DNA of 63,915 nucleotides, filler included, from Choristocarpus tenellus KU-1152 (taxonomy: Eukaryota; Protista; Phaeophyceae), in assembly GCA_964200185.2 (NCBI GenBank). It is 9 parts of 9 records of this genome, joined end to end, with 100 filler letters (N's around TTAATTAATTAA, not from the genome) between each part and the next. Parts side by side here need not be neighbours in the genome. Positions count along the whole stretch, not along the records: positions 11,716 to 18,505 come from CAXNAD020007345.1; positions 18,606 to 23,753 come from CAXNAD020011712.1; positions 23,854 to 32,917 come from CAXNAD020004030.1; 6 more parts are not named here. One strand, given 5' to 3'. Position 1 is the stretch's first letter; every line of letters starts with the position of its first letter. A program made the translations under genes and the position numbers. The notes under the pieces are model-generated. The model was not told the origin of the DNA. It saw nothing but the letters and a program-made list of their open reading frames with translations, and made no database searches. This document shows positions 11,933-24,830 of this stretch, piece after piece.

Positions 11933-14900
11933 CTACACATGCCACTCTTCTGGCATCAGATCAGCCAACCAAGGCCTGTAGAAGCTTTGGAGGTTTTGCT
12001 GCGTGGTGACTATCACCACTCGTTGTTGACCACTTGACCACTCTTTGACCTGGGTGCGTTTCACATGCATATCACCTCATGCACCAACTCTTCAATTGGA
12101 TTAATCGAATATATTTTCAAAGCCAATTTAATCGTAGCGGAAAATGGCTTCCGTTCACAAAACTGCTCTACATATCAATATTTGCACAAAGGCTAAGTTC
12201 AAAACCGCGACAGAACATCAAGACATCAGGCAGGCGCAAGGGGGGCTAGAGGGCAGGAGTTCAGAGGGGAAAATTGACCTGAGCATCCTTGATCTTCTTG
12301 AGATGTTTCTTGCACTCCTTTCGCAACTTCTTGAGCTGGGGATTAAACTTGGCCTCCTCCAGTATGGCTTCAAGCTCCTCCTTGTTCTGCAGCCCAACAT
12401 CACCCCACCAGTCAGCAAAAGTGGATCGGTGCAGGCAGTTGCAATATGAACACAAACCCAACACACCAAAAAAAAAAACTGCTCTTGTCCCTCCCCCTGT
12501 CCTGCTCACACAATAGAGGACATCTAGCCACCCCATGTACAGTAACATGCATTCCTACTTACCCCTGGGAAAGTTCTTGCAGCAACAAAAAAATCAAACT
12601 CCTGAACTAGCATGAAAACACACATGCTACTGTACTGATACAAGTAGAGGATGAAATTATTCCTAAGGACACCTGCACAACACATAAGACACAGAGAACC
12701 CCCCCACACAACCACCCACATATCTAAACCCCAAGGATCCCACCCCCTGAACACACACACATACACTCAATCACATGCGCCTTCACACCTACTTACAAAC
12801 TCCTTCCACATCAGTAAACAAACAAACAAAAATTTCAAGTATCTTAACGACACCCCCCCAAGTCCCTTCACCTTATTTGCTGCAGCCTGACCCATCCTCC
12901 ACTCCAAACTGTGCTCCACATCAAAGCCTCCCGCAGCCCAATGTATGCACCCACGATTAGGAATGGGGATATAATACCAAAGTTACAAATGGGGTCTCTA
13001 CTTTTCCAAAGCCCTAGGGTTAGCTTTTGAGGTGGCAATAACTTTTCGTGCATGTAAGAAAAAAAAGGAGATAAATAGAAATTACTGGACAAAAAATATT
13101 GGAAAGTATCAGCAGGCAAATGACAAAGGTGGGGCCTTCATCAGCAGCACAATGCAGCAGCAACAGTCCAGCACCAGAATCCGTGAGACAGACGACCCAC
13201 AGGAGATATAGGATAGGTACAAGTTTGAAAGGTGGGCCACAAATGTAGTAAGTCAACTGTACAAACATCCCATCAAATCAACACACACAAGGGTCGCGCC
13301 TCCCTTTTTGGTTGACTGCACCATACCCTGCTCCTCCCCCAACTCTCATTAATCACCTACTGGGATAGCAATGGAGTCTTGAGCAGCACTAGCAGCAGGA
13401 GTGCGCACTATAGGGGTGGGTTTAACTTTGCGTGTTACATGTTGAACTGGCTGCATTGCAGTCGAGCGTGATGCAGATGCAGCGGCTGCTGAGGGTCTAT
13501 GTCCTACTGTGTCTGAAAGGTTGTGCCCCCCTGGAAAGACCATGTCCTGGCAATGGCTCACTGTTAACTTGAGGTCATTTTTGGTTACCTCCAGGTACAT
13601 GTCAACCACATCTATTGAACACAACAGGTGGCAGGAGGGAGGGGAAGGGGGTTATTGGGAGAATGTCAACAACAGATGTGGTATACAAGGTGCCATCAAT
13701 GGAGTTAGTGTTCTGTATTCTTGTTGGGGCTTTTGTGGTGGGAACCCACGACCAGCTACGGTGTGATTGTGGCATTTAACACAGAATGTATTACATGTCC
13801 ACCCTGGGTGGGACCAACAACACCAAAAGGGGCTTATGTAATGTTCTCACCCTCCTGAACACGCCCCTTGAACATCCTCTTTATCTCATCCGGTGATGTG
13901 GACACTCCTTCTCCAAGCACCTTCACGGTATAGCTCAGCACTGATTGCAACGAAGGGTCTGATTCCTCCCCACTAACCTCCGGAACACTGCCCTTCCCTT
14001 CTCCTTTAGCATAAGTAGCAGTGGCAACAGCCTTGGCTGCCGCCGCCTCTGCTTCCATCTTAGCACTCACCTTTTTTGCAGCAAGGGCCCACACAAATGG
14101 GAATAATGGCGGCTTTGCCAATTCCCAAACTTTAATCAACTTATCCCGTAGCTCACGGTAAGGCTCCAGGGCAGCTTCGAGACTCGCCTCAGTCTCATCT
14201 ACCCCCAGCAGTTTCCTCCATGTTACACCAACCACAGCTGATAATCGTGCTGCATCCCTCACCACCTTCATATCATCCCGGTTATTCTTGGCAAATGTGA
14301 TAGCAGATTCCTCCATTCTGTCTCCCCCCTTCCCTGCCCCCTTGACATCCCCAGCTGAAATTAATTTATGAGCCCCACTCGCCTTGTTCTCCTCCTGTAC
14401 CCTTGCAGTAGCAAGCTGGAGCTTCTTGGCAGGGGTAGGGTCAGGAGCAGAGCGAGCAGGTACAGCCCTTGAGACAGTGGCAACAGGGGGTGCACAAGCA
14501 GCAGCCCCAGCTTGGATCTGCTGTACCTCCTCCTGGGAAACATTACTGGGGGCTTCAGAGCTGGCAGGTGCAGGTGCAGCTTCATGGCCCAGCAGGGGGG
14601 CATTGGCTAACAAAGTTTGGGTTGACGTTGGCGTGGTGTAAAGATCAGGTGTCTCCTCACTTAGAGGTGGTCTGGATGGGGACTCATCTGCCATGTAGTT
14701 CTGCACCTTGCAGAGACAGGCACGTGCCTGCAAGAAAGTCAGAGGAGGGATCGTGGACGAGCAAATGTAGTGATGTGGGGGGGGGGGGGGGGGGTGGGTT
14801 TGCACTTAAGAGATCCAAAAATAGAATGAAATAACACAAACGGTTCTAATGACAATTGAGAGTGGAGACTTGAATGCAGAATATAAACACTGTACTGCAA

Positions 14901-15252
14901 TTCCACTTGATAAGGCATGAATTCATCTCCCCACCTTCCTGAGACTAGACTGGCTCAGTTCAAGGCCGCAAGAATTGCAGGTACGCTTTCGAGATGCACA
15001 CACAATGCATGCGTCTGCCCCACATCCCCCAAAGGTTGGCTGAGAAGGACAGAAAAGAAAGAAAAAAGCAAGGTTGCAGGATTTGGAAAGGATGGATGAT
15101 TGGTTTGGTACATATGACCCAGCCGTGATAGCTGGAGATGGAGCAAGGCAGAGGAAGCAGGAACCACAGTAACAGCAAGAAGGAGGACTCACATCACAAG
15201 GTACATCCACTGGAACCCCATAGTGCCGTTGCCAAACTGACTCACATTTCAT
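11933..15252 (-). pseudogene. Multi-exon gene with an N-terminal Cys-rich finger and a degenerate beta-class N6-adenine/N4-cytosine DNA methyltransferase-like C-terminus
   Basis: Phase-compatible exons 15252-15193, 15039-14935, 14727-13851, 13611-13361, 13256-13086, ~12940-12872 (acceptor not canonical), 12601-12563, 12386-12279 and 12049-11933. Motifs CxxxxCxxC...CxxC, then YICGPPF, LLHCAADEGPTFVIC, GFDVEHSLEWR and EFDFFVAAR. The gene is well supported; the methyltransferase identity is tentative. Confidence 0.45.
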
Positions 15253-15829
15253 TCTTTTAAATGAGGACTCGCATTTCCAAACACACACAATACACACCAT
15301 ATAGATGACAACATGACAACCTCACAGAATTCTGCTTTGACTCACGATGAATTCAATCATTGCATCTGAAGTTATGCCACCAATAGACAAATGTACTTTT
15401 CTCCTTCCTCAGCTGCAGTAATACAAACAACTGACTTTATGATGATGGATGGATGGTGACCCTTACATATGAACGCAAATTGAGAGAAAAAATCCTGCAG
15501 AGGGAGAACCCGCCCACTAAGGAGATGGTCATAATCACTAATCTGCGGTAGTCACATACTAACTAACACACTCAAGCCTTGAAACCAAATCATCTCACAA
15601 AGTCGCATTTTTTTACACAACAAATTTGACCAACACCTCAAGCTCATTTGTTGGAGGGACCTACAGACCTAAACCAAGTGGATTACTGCGAACGCTGTGG
15701 ACATGTGGCCGTAACGTTGGTTTCTGATAGGGACGAAAGGCATGAGGGAAGAGAACAGCACCCATTCTTAAGGGCTTTCCGCCAACAAATGCCTGGCAGA
15801 GCACTTGAAACTCATTTTGCTGAACATGA

Positions 15830-18434
15830 ATACTCTATTTCAGTGCAGCCATCATGGAAAACTAAACACCACTCCAATAAAGCTCATGGCATGGTGCAGC
15901 CCTGAGATCTACCCTCGAAGTCACAACAAAATGATGTGCATGCTTGAAAGAAAAAGAGTTTACACACCTAAATGGCACAAATAACCCTCTGATTCAACTC
16001 ACAAGCAAACTCGTTTTTACAAAAAATAAATAAATATATATATATATATATTCAAGGGATAATAAGATTCAATACATGCGCACAATCACACCAAAACAAA
16101 AAATACTACTTTGTTTCACAAGCATCTCACATCACAGGCACCCGCTATCACCATGCCAGACTCCTTGCACCTCTTGCAGCAGTTGTAGCTCTCACATCTT
16201 GGGCAAGACTGGGTTTGTGGGAGAAGGTGGGGTAACAGTGCACAAATATAGAAGCGGTTGAATTGTAGACTTGCCAGGAGATGGCAAAGAGTGTTGTTTA
16301 TGTCATCAGTACTAACTGGAAGATAATACGAGCAACCATTTTGGAGTATGAGCAATATGTTGTAACCCAATGCTTGGGGTACCCACTACACTTCATAACC
16401 AAAGGTGCAACGGCACAATGGTGCCAGTGAATCCTGGACACTGACTGCCTCACAATATACACTAATGGGTACGCATACACGCCTCTGAAAGGATATTAGT
16501 ATGTCCTATAGACTGTACAGGCTACTACGCAATAAGTGGATGATTTACCACTTACGTGTAACTCACAAATCAACGTGTAACCTATCTTGTGGTGGTTAAA
16601 GCAAAGTGCACCAAATTTGCGCCATCATGATCTTCACACAAAAAGCACTTCCTGGCAACACATGACCAATCTGTGCAAAGTAAATGGAGCTGAGATAACA
16701 CATCACTCCACCACAATGGTTGAACCATACCATGCCTGTCCATTTTAGGAATCAATTGCAGCTGGTGGGCAGATTATTGTCTGCAAACAAGCTGCTCTGC
16801 GATCCACTTTCGCCCTTTTAAGTTCCTTTCGTGGATGCACTAGGCACTAGGCACTAGTCTCATATATACAAGAGGACAACACAAGTGCAAGCTGGAACAC
16901 CACGTTCAGCACAAGCCCTGTCCTTGAACAATTATCCCACAATCAAGGCTTGAGCCTTCACTAGCAGTCCCTACAAAATGTGCAACATGTGCACATAACT
17001 TCCAGATATTTTGTACGCAAAGCGGATTCAAACACCACCCATGGGGGACTTTTTCAGACCCCTCAACAAAGCAGCATGGCCTTGCTTGATCAAATTCTGC
17101 AAACCAATGAAGCCCCTCCCTTGCCCCTCCAACCCTTCGTCCCCCGATTCAACCCCCTTACTTCCTCCTTCCTACCCTCATCGAATCTTAGGGTTCTCCT
17201 GCTGTTAACTCACCCAACGACAGTCGTCACACATGACAGTCTGGCACACATAGCACGTGTAAGCTGACTCCTGGCACAAAAGACACACAACCTTTCCAGA
17301 GCAAGAAGGGGTGTAAACATGGGGCACAGAGGTGGATGCAGGGTTGGAGATAAGGGAAGGCTATGGCCAGTACAGTGGCGTCCACAGAATGAGTACGGAA
17401 GAGGAATACATGTAAGGAGCTCAACTTGTAATGGGAGTATCTTATTTGATCGACTGATTTGGGAGGTATATTGCAGTTACCTATGGTCAGCTGGGGTGTA
17501 GAACCTAAGTGTGAGAATGAGTTATTGCTGTTGTGAAAGTGTGTGTGTGTGTGTGTGTTTGTGAGGGTGAATAATCATAATTAATGACAAAATTTGGCCC
17601 CAGCACCAGCAGACTCATAGAGGTGCAAAAGCAAGAACTAGCACAGAATGATTATGTGTGCTTTGAACGGAGTACATTAATATTTCAAGTCTGGCTGTCG
17701 TCGAGAAAATTACTTGGGGGGAAAGGCATATCCTTTTCTTTGTTTGATTGGAAAGTAGAGCTCTCACGATGGAGAGGATGGAGCATGCTATTGAACCAAC
17801 ACCAGTTTTCTTGAGAAATTGAAGGTTGAATGTGGAGATGAGGTTAGCAAAGTTGGAAGGATACGCCCCATTGCGATTGAGCCTGGAAAAGTACAAATAA
17901 TGGGGTGGCCGTGTATACATGGGTGTAACAACATCCATAACAATCACCTGGCATCCGCCTTAACGAGGTATCAGTCGGTCTCAACAGCAAACAACATACT
18001 TCTCCACATTCCATATCTTGAAGAGGAAACCTCACCTTCTCGCAGTCATGACTGGCGCTGCATGGAGTAAGGCAAGCATCATCAACTGATTCACTGTTTT
18101 CATTATTACCAATGGGGCAAAATTTGAGCAGACACCCTGAACACTCCCCCATCGTGTCCATGCAATTTCCACAGTAGGGTGCCTTGTAGAAGGGGAGATG
18201 AGTGAGTAAAGTTACATTGATCAAGCAGCCTTCTTGCTCACGAAATTCAATGTCCCCCACGCAATAGAGGTTGTGAGAGAATAGGGAGAGAATAAGCTCG
18301 TCTCGAGTCCTAGAGTATGAGAAAATGTAATGAAACCAACTTGTTCCAAATAAAAGATCTTGCCCAAATACATCGAAGACTTGACTTCTTGCTCTTCTTC
18401 CAATAACAATAGGTAGGAAGCTAGAAAATTGCAC
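15830..18434 (-). pseudogene. Decayed Cys-rich multi-exon gene, possibly the N-terminal half of a KDZ/Zisupton-like transposase
   Basis: Fragments YCGNCMDTMGECSGC, QPCIH, VYCEAVSVQDSLAPLCRCTFGYEV*WVPQALG and CKRCKESGMVIAGACD|GCT, with in-frame stops and frameshifts. Confidence 0.3.
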
Positions 18435-18605
18435 AAGAACCCCCCTCCCCCCCCCCCCCAGTAACGCACCCGGCAGTCTTCATCCGTACACTCAGTCTAA
18501 TTACGNNNNNNNNNNNNNNNNNNNNNNNNNNNNNNNNNNNNNNNNNNNNTTAATTAATTAANNNNNNNNNNNNNNNNNNNNNNNNNNNNNNNNNNNNNNN
18601 NNNNN

Positions 18606-21004
18606 GGGTACAGTAGGAGGAGCAGGTGGCAGTGGGGGGGTGGTTGGTGGGAATATGGGTGGGGGTATTGTTGGGGGTGGTGGGGGAGGGTATGCAGGCC
18701 AAGCTGCTGATGAGAGTGCTCTTCCTCCTATTATGGGTATCCTGGGTAGCAATTCGAAGCTTGGGGCAGGTGCTGGTCAAGGAGGAGGGGGAGGGGGTGG
18801 GGGAGGAAGATATGGGGCCCAACCAGGACCTGGGGGGGGGCAGGTGAGAATTGGAAGGGGGTCATCAATATAGGAGGTGTTTGAAGGTCCGTGTGCATGC
18901 AGAAAACTGGGGGGAAGTTGGGAGTTGCATGGGTCTTGAATGATTGACTGCAGTCTCATCAATGGATAAATGACTAGGTACAGCCGGAACAACCGATATT
19001 AATTGGTGTCTGTGTCCTGTACCATGGTGAATTCAATGTGTGTTCTGCATAAGCTCGAAATATATTATGGACAGCCTGTAGCAGGCCCTAGTATTCACTG
19101 TGACGTTAGCTACTGAAAGGATTATTTCCCCGCCTTCAACCTCTTCAAAGGTTCATGACATGACAGAAGAGGGATAGGTGTGGGATGACACGTGGCAATA
19201 GTGGGAAAAAATAGTAGAGTAAATCGTCAAAATGCAGAGGCTAGCCTTGCTACATCTCTACAAGGGGGGAGCATTTTGGTCCATCAATACGTTTAACGCA
19301 ACCAAAGAAACTAAGACTTGCCCCCCATCTAATGCCCTGGTAACAAAACAATTTTTTTTTGAGTCCACAGGGCGCTACAAAGGCTCCATCAAAAAAGAAG
19401 AAAAAGAACAGGACCATGGGGGTAGAAGGTACCATGCGGGCCAAGCATGCCGGGATGGCTGGAGGAGGGGCAGGAGGGTATGCAGGAGGGTATGCAGGAG
19501 GCGGGGGGAAGGTGCGTCTCTAACTCTTGACACATTTAGGAAAAGAAAAAGGAAAAGGTGAGGTTTAGGGGTGGACTAGAACTTCTGTGCCACCAATGCG
19601 TTCTCCTAAACCAAGAACTTCACACCAGCAACTGACAAAAAAGATAAAAGCTTTCATTACTTTCACTCAACCAAAGACTTTACCTGGACTCACAAATATT
19701 GTAGCCGTGGTGTTAGAGGTATACAAAGCCATCTGCAGAAGGTATGTAGCCCATTGGGTGTATGCTGAGAAGGGAGTGGATACAAGAACTAGCCCATAAT
19801 AATCAAGTGGAGAGTTTATTGTGACACAACAGGAGATGTTTTTTTTGGAGGGGGTGTAGGATGTGACTGCAGACATGACCTTGGAAAAGATATAGTCTTC
19901 CAACCTACATGAAGTAGAAATAAAGGCCAAAGCATTTTAGAAGGTAGGAGTTCACCCCTGTTTGTCCTTTCGGGGCTTGACTTCCCATGGGTTTTTTATG
20001 CCCCTTTTCGGTTTTCTGTATGAACATGGTTACCTAAAATGTATATGTTATGAAAAGGTGTGTCTGGAGCAAGGATATTGACACTTCCAAACTAACACAA
20101 TAGCCAAACTTACATCAAAATCGCAACATTGAATTTATGGTCCCGAACGGACGCGGCCCTAACCTCTTAAGTGGTTTGGGTCATATGGTTGTTAGAACAA
20201 AGACGAAACTGTGTTACTCTCCTCTTGAGAGCTTGTAGCTGGACTTCTGCCCTTCTTTCTTTCCTGGGGACAATGCTGAGAGCCAAAGTATATTAGAGGG
20301 TAGAGCCACGTCCATTTGGGGAGCAAAATCCAATGTTGCGGCTTTGATGTAATCTTGGCTATTGTGTTTGTTAGGAAGTGTCAATATCCATGTTCTTGGC
20401 ACACCTTTTCATAACGTAGATACTTTATCTACTCCTAAACATTTTGAAGTAGGAAAATGTCATAGAAGAACCCATGGGAATCCAAGCCCAAATGGACAAA
20501 CAGGGCAAAACCCGTACCCTCTAAGATACTTCCACTCTGAGGCAACAAAAGATTAAAAAGTACAACATATTTGATTAAGCATATTACTAATATATGTATG
20601 GACTCTGTGACAAGAATTTAGTTTGAATTGTTGTGCCTTTTCTGTACCATCTTTATAAGGGTGCATATGATAGCCAATCGGTGGTGCCTCCCCTAGCCCA
20701 CAACAGACAACTCCTTTTCCCACCACCATTCCATGCACCTTCCCACTTTCTTATATAGGGATATGCAATTTCCACTAGAGGGAGCTTTAACCTGACGCAA
20801 GCCTCTGGAGGAGGAGGATTGGGAGTCGGGAATGGCGTTGTAGGTGGAAGTGGGGAAGGAGGAGGAGGGGGCGTAGGAACAGGAGGTGGAGGCATGGGGG
20901 GTGCAACAGGGGCAGGTGGGGGAAACACCATGCCTGCTCAGGCACCGGAAAAGATTCGAGGTATCAAGAACTCTACTCGACACCGCCAGTATGGTCTACG
21001 TTGA
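18606..21004 (+). CDS. 3' exons of a glycine-rich protein of unknown function (partial)
   Basis: Gly-rich exons ~18606-18843, 19371-19511 (GATKAPSKKKKKNRT...) and ~20759-21004 (…KIRGIKNSTRHRQYGLR*), with GT/AG borders. Confidence 0.65.
19924..20182 (+). mobile_element. MITE family A, degenerate copy A2
   Basis: Colinear with 5788-6045; flanks ATAA/ATAT (3 of 4 match). Confidence 0.85.
20280..20537 (-). mobile_element. MITE family A, copy A3 (inverted)
   Basis: GAGCCAAAGTATATTAGAGGGTA...TACCCTCTAAGATACTTCCACTC, with TGA(G) duplicated at the flanks. Confidence 0.9.
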
Positions 21005-21550
21005 CACTTTCAGGAACCATTAGAAGTGTGTTGTCGACAGTTGCCTTTGGGGGGCACGGGCAGACTTACTTTGTGTGAGTCCCTTGCCTTCTCCAACCGG
21101 GTTCACATGAGGAAGCAACAGAGACGGAGATAGAGCAGGCTTCATGAAACAGAAAGCATCATCTCAGTACTCTAAGGAATGGATGGGGGCTGTATTAAGA
21201 GCAACCTGGTCCTGAGGACCCTTGGCCTGGGTCTCTATTGCCGGACTCTTGATGCACTAGGTGTTGTGAATTTTTCCTGAACAGCCCCAAACTGATTCAT
21301 TTCCCGGACTATTGGTCAGTGTTTTTTAGCTTTGTGCGCTGCACATGGTTGCACATACTGAACATTATGGCGCAGCATTTTATTTTGTGTGTTATTTGTA
21401 GGAGCAAGTGGTCATGTTGATCGCATGGTAATTAGTTCTATTGTTGTAGCTGACTAGCTAGGGTAAGAGGAGTGGGGTTCTTGAGGTGAAAAGAAGCATG
21501 GTGAGAAATGCAGAGGGTGCACACCTGCTGATGACCCAAGAGACCCCCGC

Positions 21551-21602
21551 CACACAAACACACACAAGTGCACACATACACTCACTCACTCACTCAGCTC
21601 AT

Positions 21603-21672
<70 letters not shown>
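21551..21672. repeat. (CA)n microsatellite
   Basis: Long CA tract, purest from ~21603 to 21672. Confidence 0.95.
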
Positions 21673-21676
<4 letters not shown>

Positions 21677-21739
21677 TAAGCCCCTGCAGCCCCCATCCCC
21701 ACGATAGACAGAGGATATTTGGAATTGGTGGGGCTAAAT

Positions 21740-22876
21740 AATAAAGAGAGGTACCTTCATTCACAGATGCCCGCAAATATTCATGGAGACCTTGAACCAA
21801 CAACCTCAAGGTACTGCCTTTATTTGCAAGCGTATCCAGGTTGCAATAATGCTCAAGGAATCCAAAGTTGTGACTGCAGCTCTAAGTAATGTGGCTAAGG
21901 CCGTGCAGAAAGACTTGGAGAGGCGTTTCTATGAGGTTACCACGCTGGAAGTGTTTGGCGCGTTGGGGGCACATAGTTTCCGAAAGAAAATGATAGTAAT
22001 GGATTTTGTTTATGGTAATGACAAGATTAAGGAGTTTGCTCTATATTGTGGTATCAAACGGGAAACGATTCCCCTGTTGTTGTGGATGGAGATGCCTTGG
22101 CATAAGAGTACAAGGTGTCGACATCGTCAAAAGTTTCAAGATCTTTTTGATGCGACCAAATCCCGGTGTGGGGGGTAGGGTGCATTGAACAGGCGAAGGA
22201 GAAAGACCAAGGGCATGAAAGGAGGGTCGCTTCAGTAAAGCAGACGGAATGGAAGCGCAGGAGTGATGCCTTCTTGACTTTGCAAATTTTGGTGTATATT
22301 AGAGAGTGAGTGTGAGGCACACAGTCAGTTAAAGTTCGTAGAAAATGATATTGTGATGCCTCACACCTTAGTAGAATGTGAGCTGGAGTTTTCATGCATA
22401 GACTTCACCTATCATACACCTAGTACACAAGAGTTCAAAGCCTACACTGATGGCACTTAACGAAATCAATATGGCAATCGTTCACCCGCCCATGTACCAC
22501 ATCATGCTGACCAGTGCAAACTTAACATGAAGTTTTCAAAGTCTGTAATCTGTAATGTACATGCATATACTACTCTCCTTGGGATTCGGATGGAAGAAAA
22601 TTATTGTCTGAATTGAAGGAAATCCAAAAACGAGAGTTGAATAGACCATCAATCTGAAGAGAAAACGGTTCGAAAAAATTCGTCTCCCATGTTATTTTCC
22701 AGGGTTGTGTATCTACACGAGAATTGCATATCTACCCCAGCCGACCGTTTTTTTTACATGCCGGCACGAGCCCGCCGACCGAACCTCAACCTATTTAAGG
22801 CGTGGACGAAAACACGAGGATCAACCATTAATATTAGGAAAACCCCCCCTTTTCCTCCTTTTGTTTCACAGCACTA
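21740..22876 (+). mobile_element. hAT transposon remnant (transposase C-terminus and probable 3' end)
   Basis: DLERRFYEVTTLEVFGALGAHSF...YGNDKIKEF, then the dimerisation-like motif IVMPHTLVECELEFSC (22350-22397; cf. LPxSxAxCERxFS). Candidate terminus GTTTCACAGCACTA at 22863-22876 (5'-TAGTG on the reverse strand). Confidence 0.65.
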
Positions 22877-23559
22877 ATAGCAAACTACATCTTCAAGATT
22901 CAGCATGGCAATTGTGACAAAAAAATGGAATAATCGATTTTTTTTAGTTCTGTTGTTAAGATATTCAGTAATTCTCAATTCTTATTTCAACTTAAGTCAA
23001 TGGAAGTACTGTGATAATTTATAGCACCGATATTTATATTGTTGTGTTGTGTTAGGAGGGAAGACTTATTGTATCTCTGTTTGACCAGATAGTGTGTGCT
23101 CAATGCAGAAATTTATCTGGCATTGAGAAATTTATTTCGTTGTCCCCTTTTTTTGTCCTGATTTGTGCTGAGACATACTGAATGAAGTGTGTTTTGAAAT
23201 GTGGTTGATGCTGACATATGGATGGCTTAAGACATGGATTTTGCATTGCGTCTGTGTATGACTGATGGTTTTTTTGTTTGTTGTCGACTGATTTGTGAAA
23301 AGTCAACAAGTATGACTCGCATCATTTGCTTTGTGACTCTTTTAGAGGTAGCCTTTACCTACAACTTGTTAGTTGATTGGTTGCAGACGAAGGGATTTGT
23401 GAATATGAGAGTTCCTTTCCCAAGTGTACCCAAGCACATTATTAACTGTGTAAAATCATTACAACATACAGCTGGCGTTCATAGCCAGATAATATGCTCA
23501 ACCTAGAATTAGCATCATATTGTTAAGACTTCTCAGTGTTCACCTGGTAAGCATATAAA

Positions 23560-23753
23560 GGGGGGTCACCCACCGAGTGAAAATTGGTCTTATTTACCCA
23601 CCTTTGATTTGGCTGGAAAAATGACGCCTCCATCCCTCTATAACAGTGGATTTTAAAAATTGAGGATGGAGCGGGGCTATGAGGATGGTTGTTCTGCGAA
23701 AACGGTCTTGAAAAAGTACCCGAAGGTTTTTTTTTGCAACTGTTTTTGCACTT
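23560..23753 (+). repeat. Unclassified dispersed repeat family C, truncated by the contig end
   Basis: TAACAG...AAATTGAGGATGGAGC...AGGATGG...CTTGAAAAAGT...TTTTTTTTG aligns with the reverse complement of 44306-44425. Confidence 0.7.
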
Positions 23754-24830
23754 NNNNNNNNNNNNNNNNNNNNNNNNNNNNNNNNNNNNNNNNNNNNTTA
23801 ATTAATTAANNNNNNNNNNNNNNNNNNNNNNNNNNNNNNNNNNNNNNNNNNNNGGGGGGGGGGGGGGGGGGGTGGTTGGGAAAAAATTGGGCAGAATAGG
23901 GGGAGGGTGTGGGGGTAACCGTGCTGTGGAGTGGAGACGGAGGCCGATATAAGAGTTTGCTAGAGGGTTGGGAAGCTTTTGTCTTGCCTGATCTTGAGTG
24001 GGGGTTGACAGACAATGGAGGTAAGAGTATGGGTGTGAGTGCTTTGCCTGGCAGGTGCGTAATTGGGAGATAATGCTAAGCAGGGTTCTGCAAAACCCAG
24101 CCCCCTCCCCCCGCCATTGCTGACCCCATCTCCAAGGTCAGTTCCCAGGCAGAGCAGTGTCTGTGTTCTGCCTCTACAACACAGCTTGTACTTTGAAGAA
24201 AGGTTCTTCTGGCCTACACGCCATGTGTCTATACTCCAAGACACCCAAGGAAGCCAACTCACAACCAACAACACTGCACAAGGGTAGAAACAGCTTCTCC
24301 CACATGAAAAACAGTGCTATCCCTACTGTCTGTCTGTCTGTTCCATCCAACACGCACACAAGGGGCTGACTTAACAAGAAAGTTCTACATGAACAAGAAA
24401 GTTCTACGTGAAGCATACAAGTTGACATGAAAAAAAGAAAACATTTGCCACTGTTCCCAATCTTGTTTGACAGACAACTCCACCTCACCACCCAGACTTG
24501 AAAGAGTGACTAACTGCAGCACCTCACCTTTGATAACATTGCTACCAAACTTATTCCTGCCGTACACATCATTACCACTCCTCATACACACCCCAGTCCC
24601 CACGTCCCTCTCCATCAGGTGGAGGCCCTTTAAGACCCTACTGTTGAGCACACACACAGTAGTACCCTAACCCTACCCCCATCTCCCTTTTTTGCATAAT
24701 GCATAAATCGATCTTTTCCACGGGGGAGACACAGTTCATCCTTGGATAGAGCTGATAGAGCCCCCTCCCCCAGCTCCTTCCCCTCCCCCCACTGATCAAG
24801 CCCTACCCCAATGGGCAATGAGACATCTCA

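Noticed and set aside
11035-12386. Joining the 11035-11515 exon to the gene at 11933-15252
   Set aside because: They are separated by an artificial contig spacer.
12387-12470. VLGLCS / IATAC resembling methyltransferase motif I
   Set aside because: Needs a frameshift and lies in a probable intron (CTGAC branch site followed by CTGCAG); not counted as evidence.
20362-20556. Similar small ORFs at 5739, 20362, 38552 and 61700 suggesting a peptide family
   Set aside because: They are chance translations of MITE family A, with variable ends and frames.
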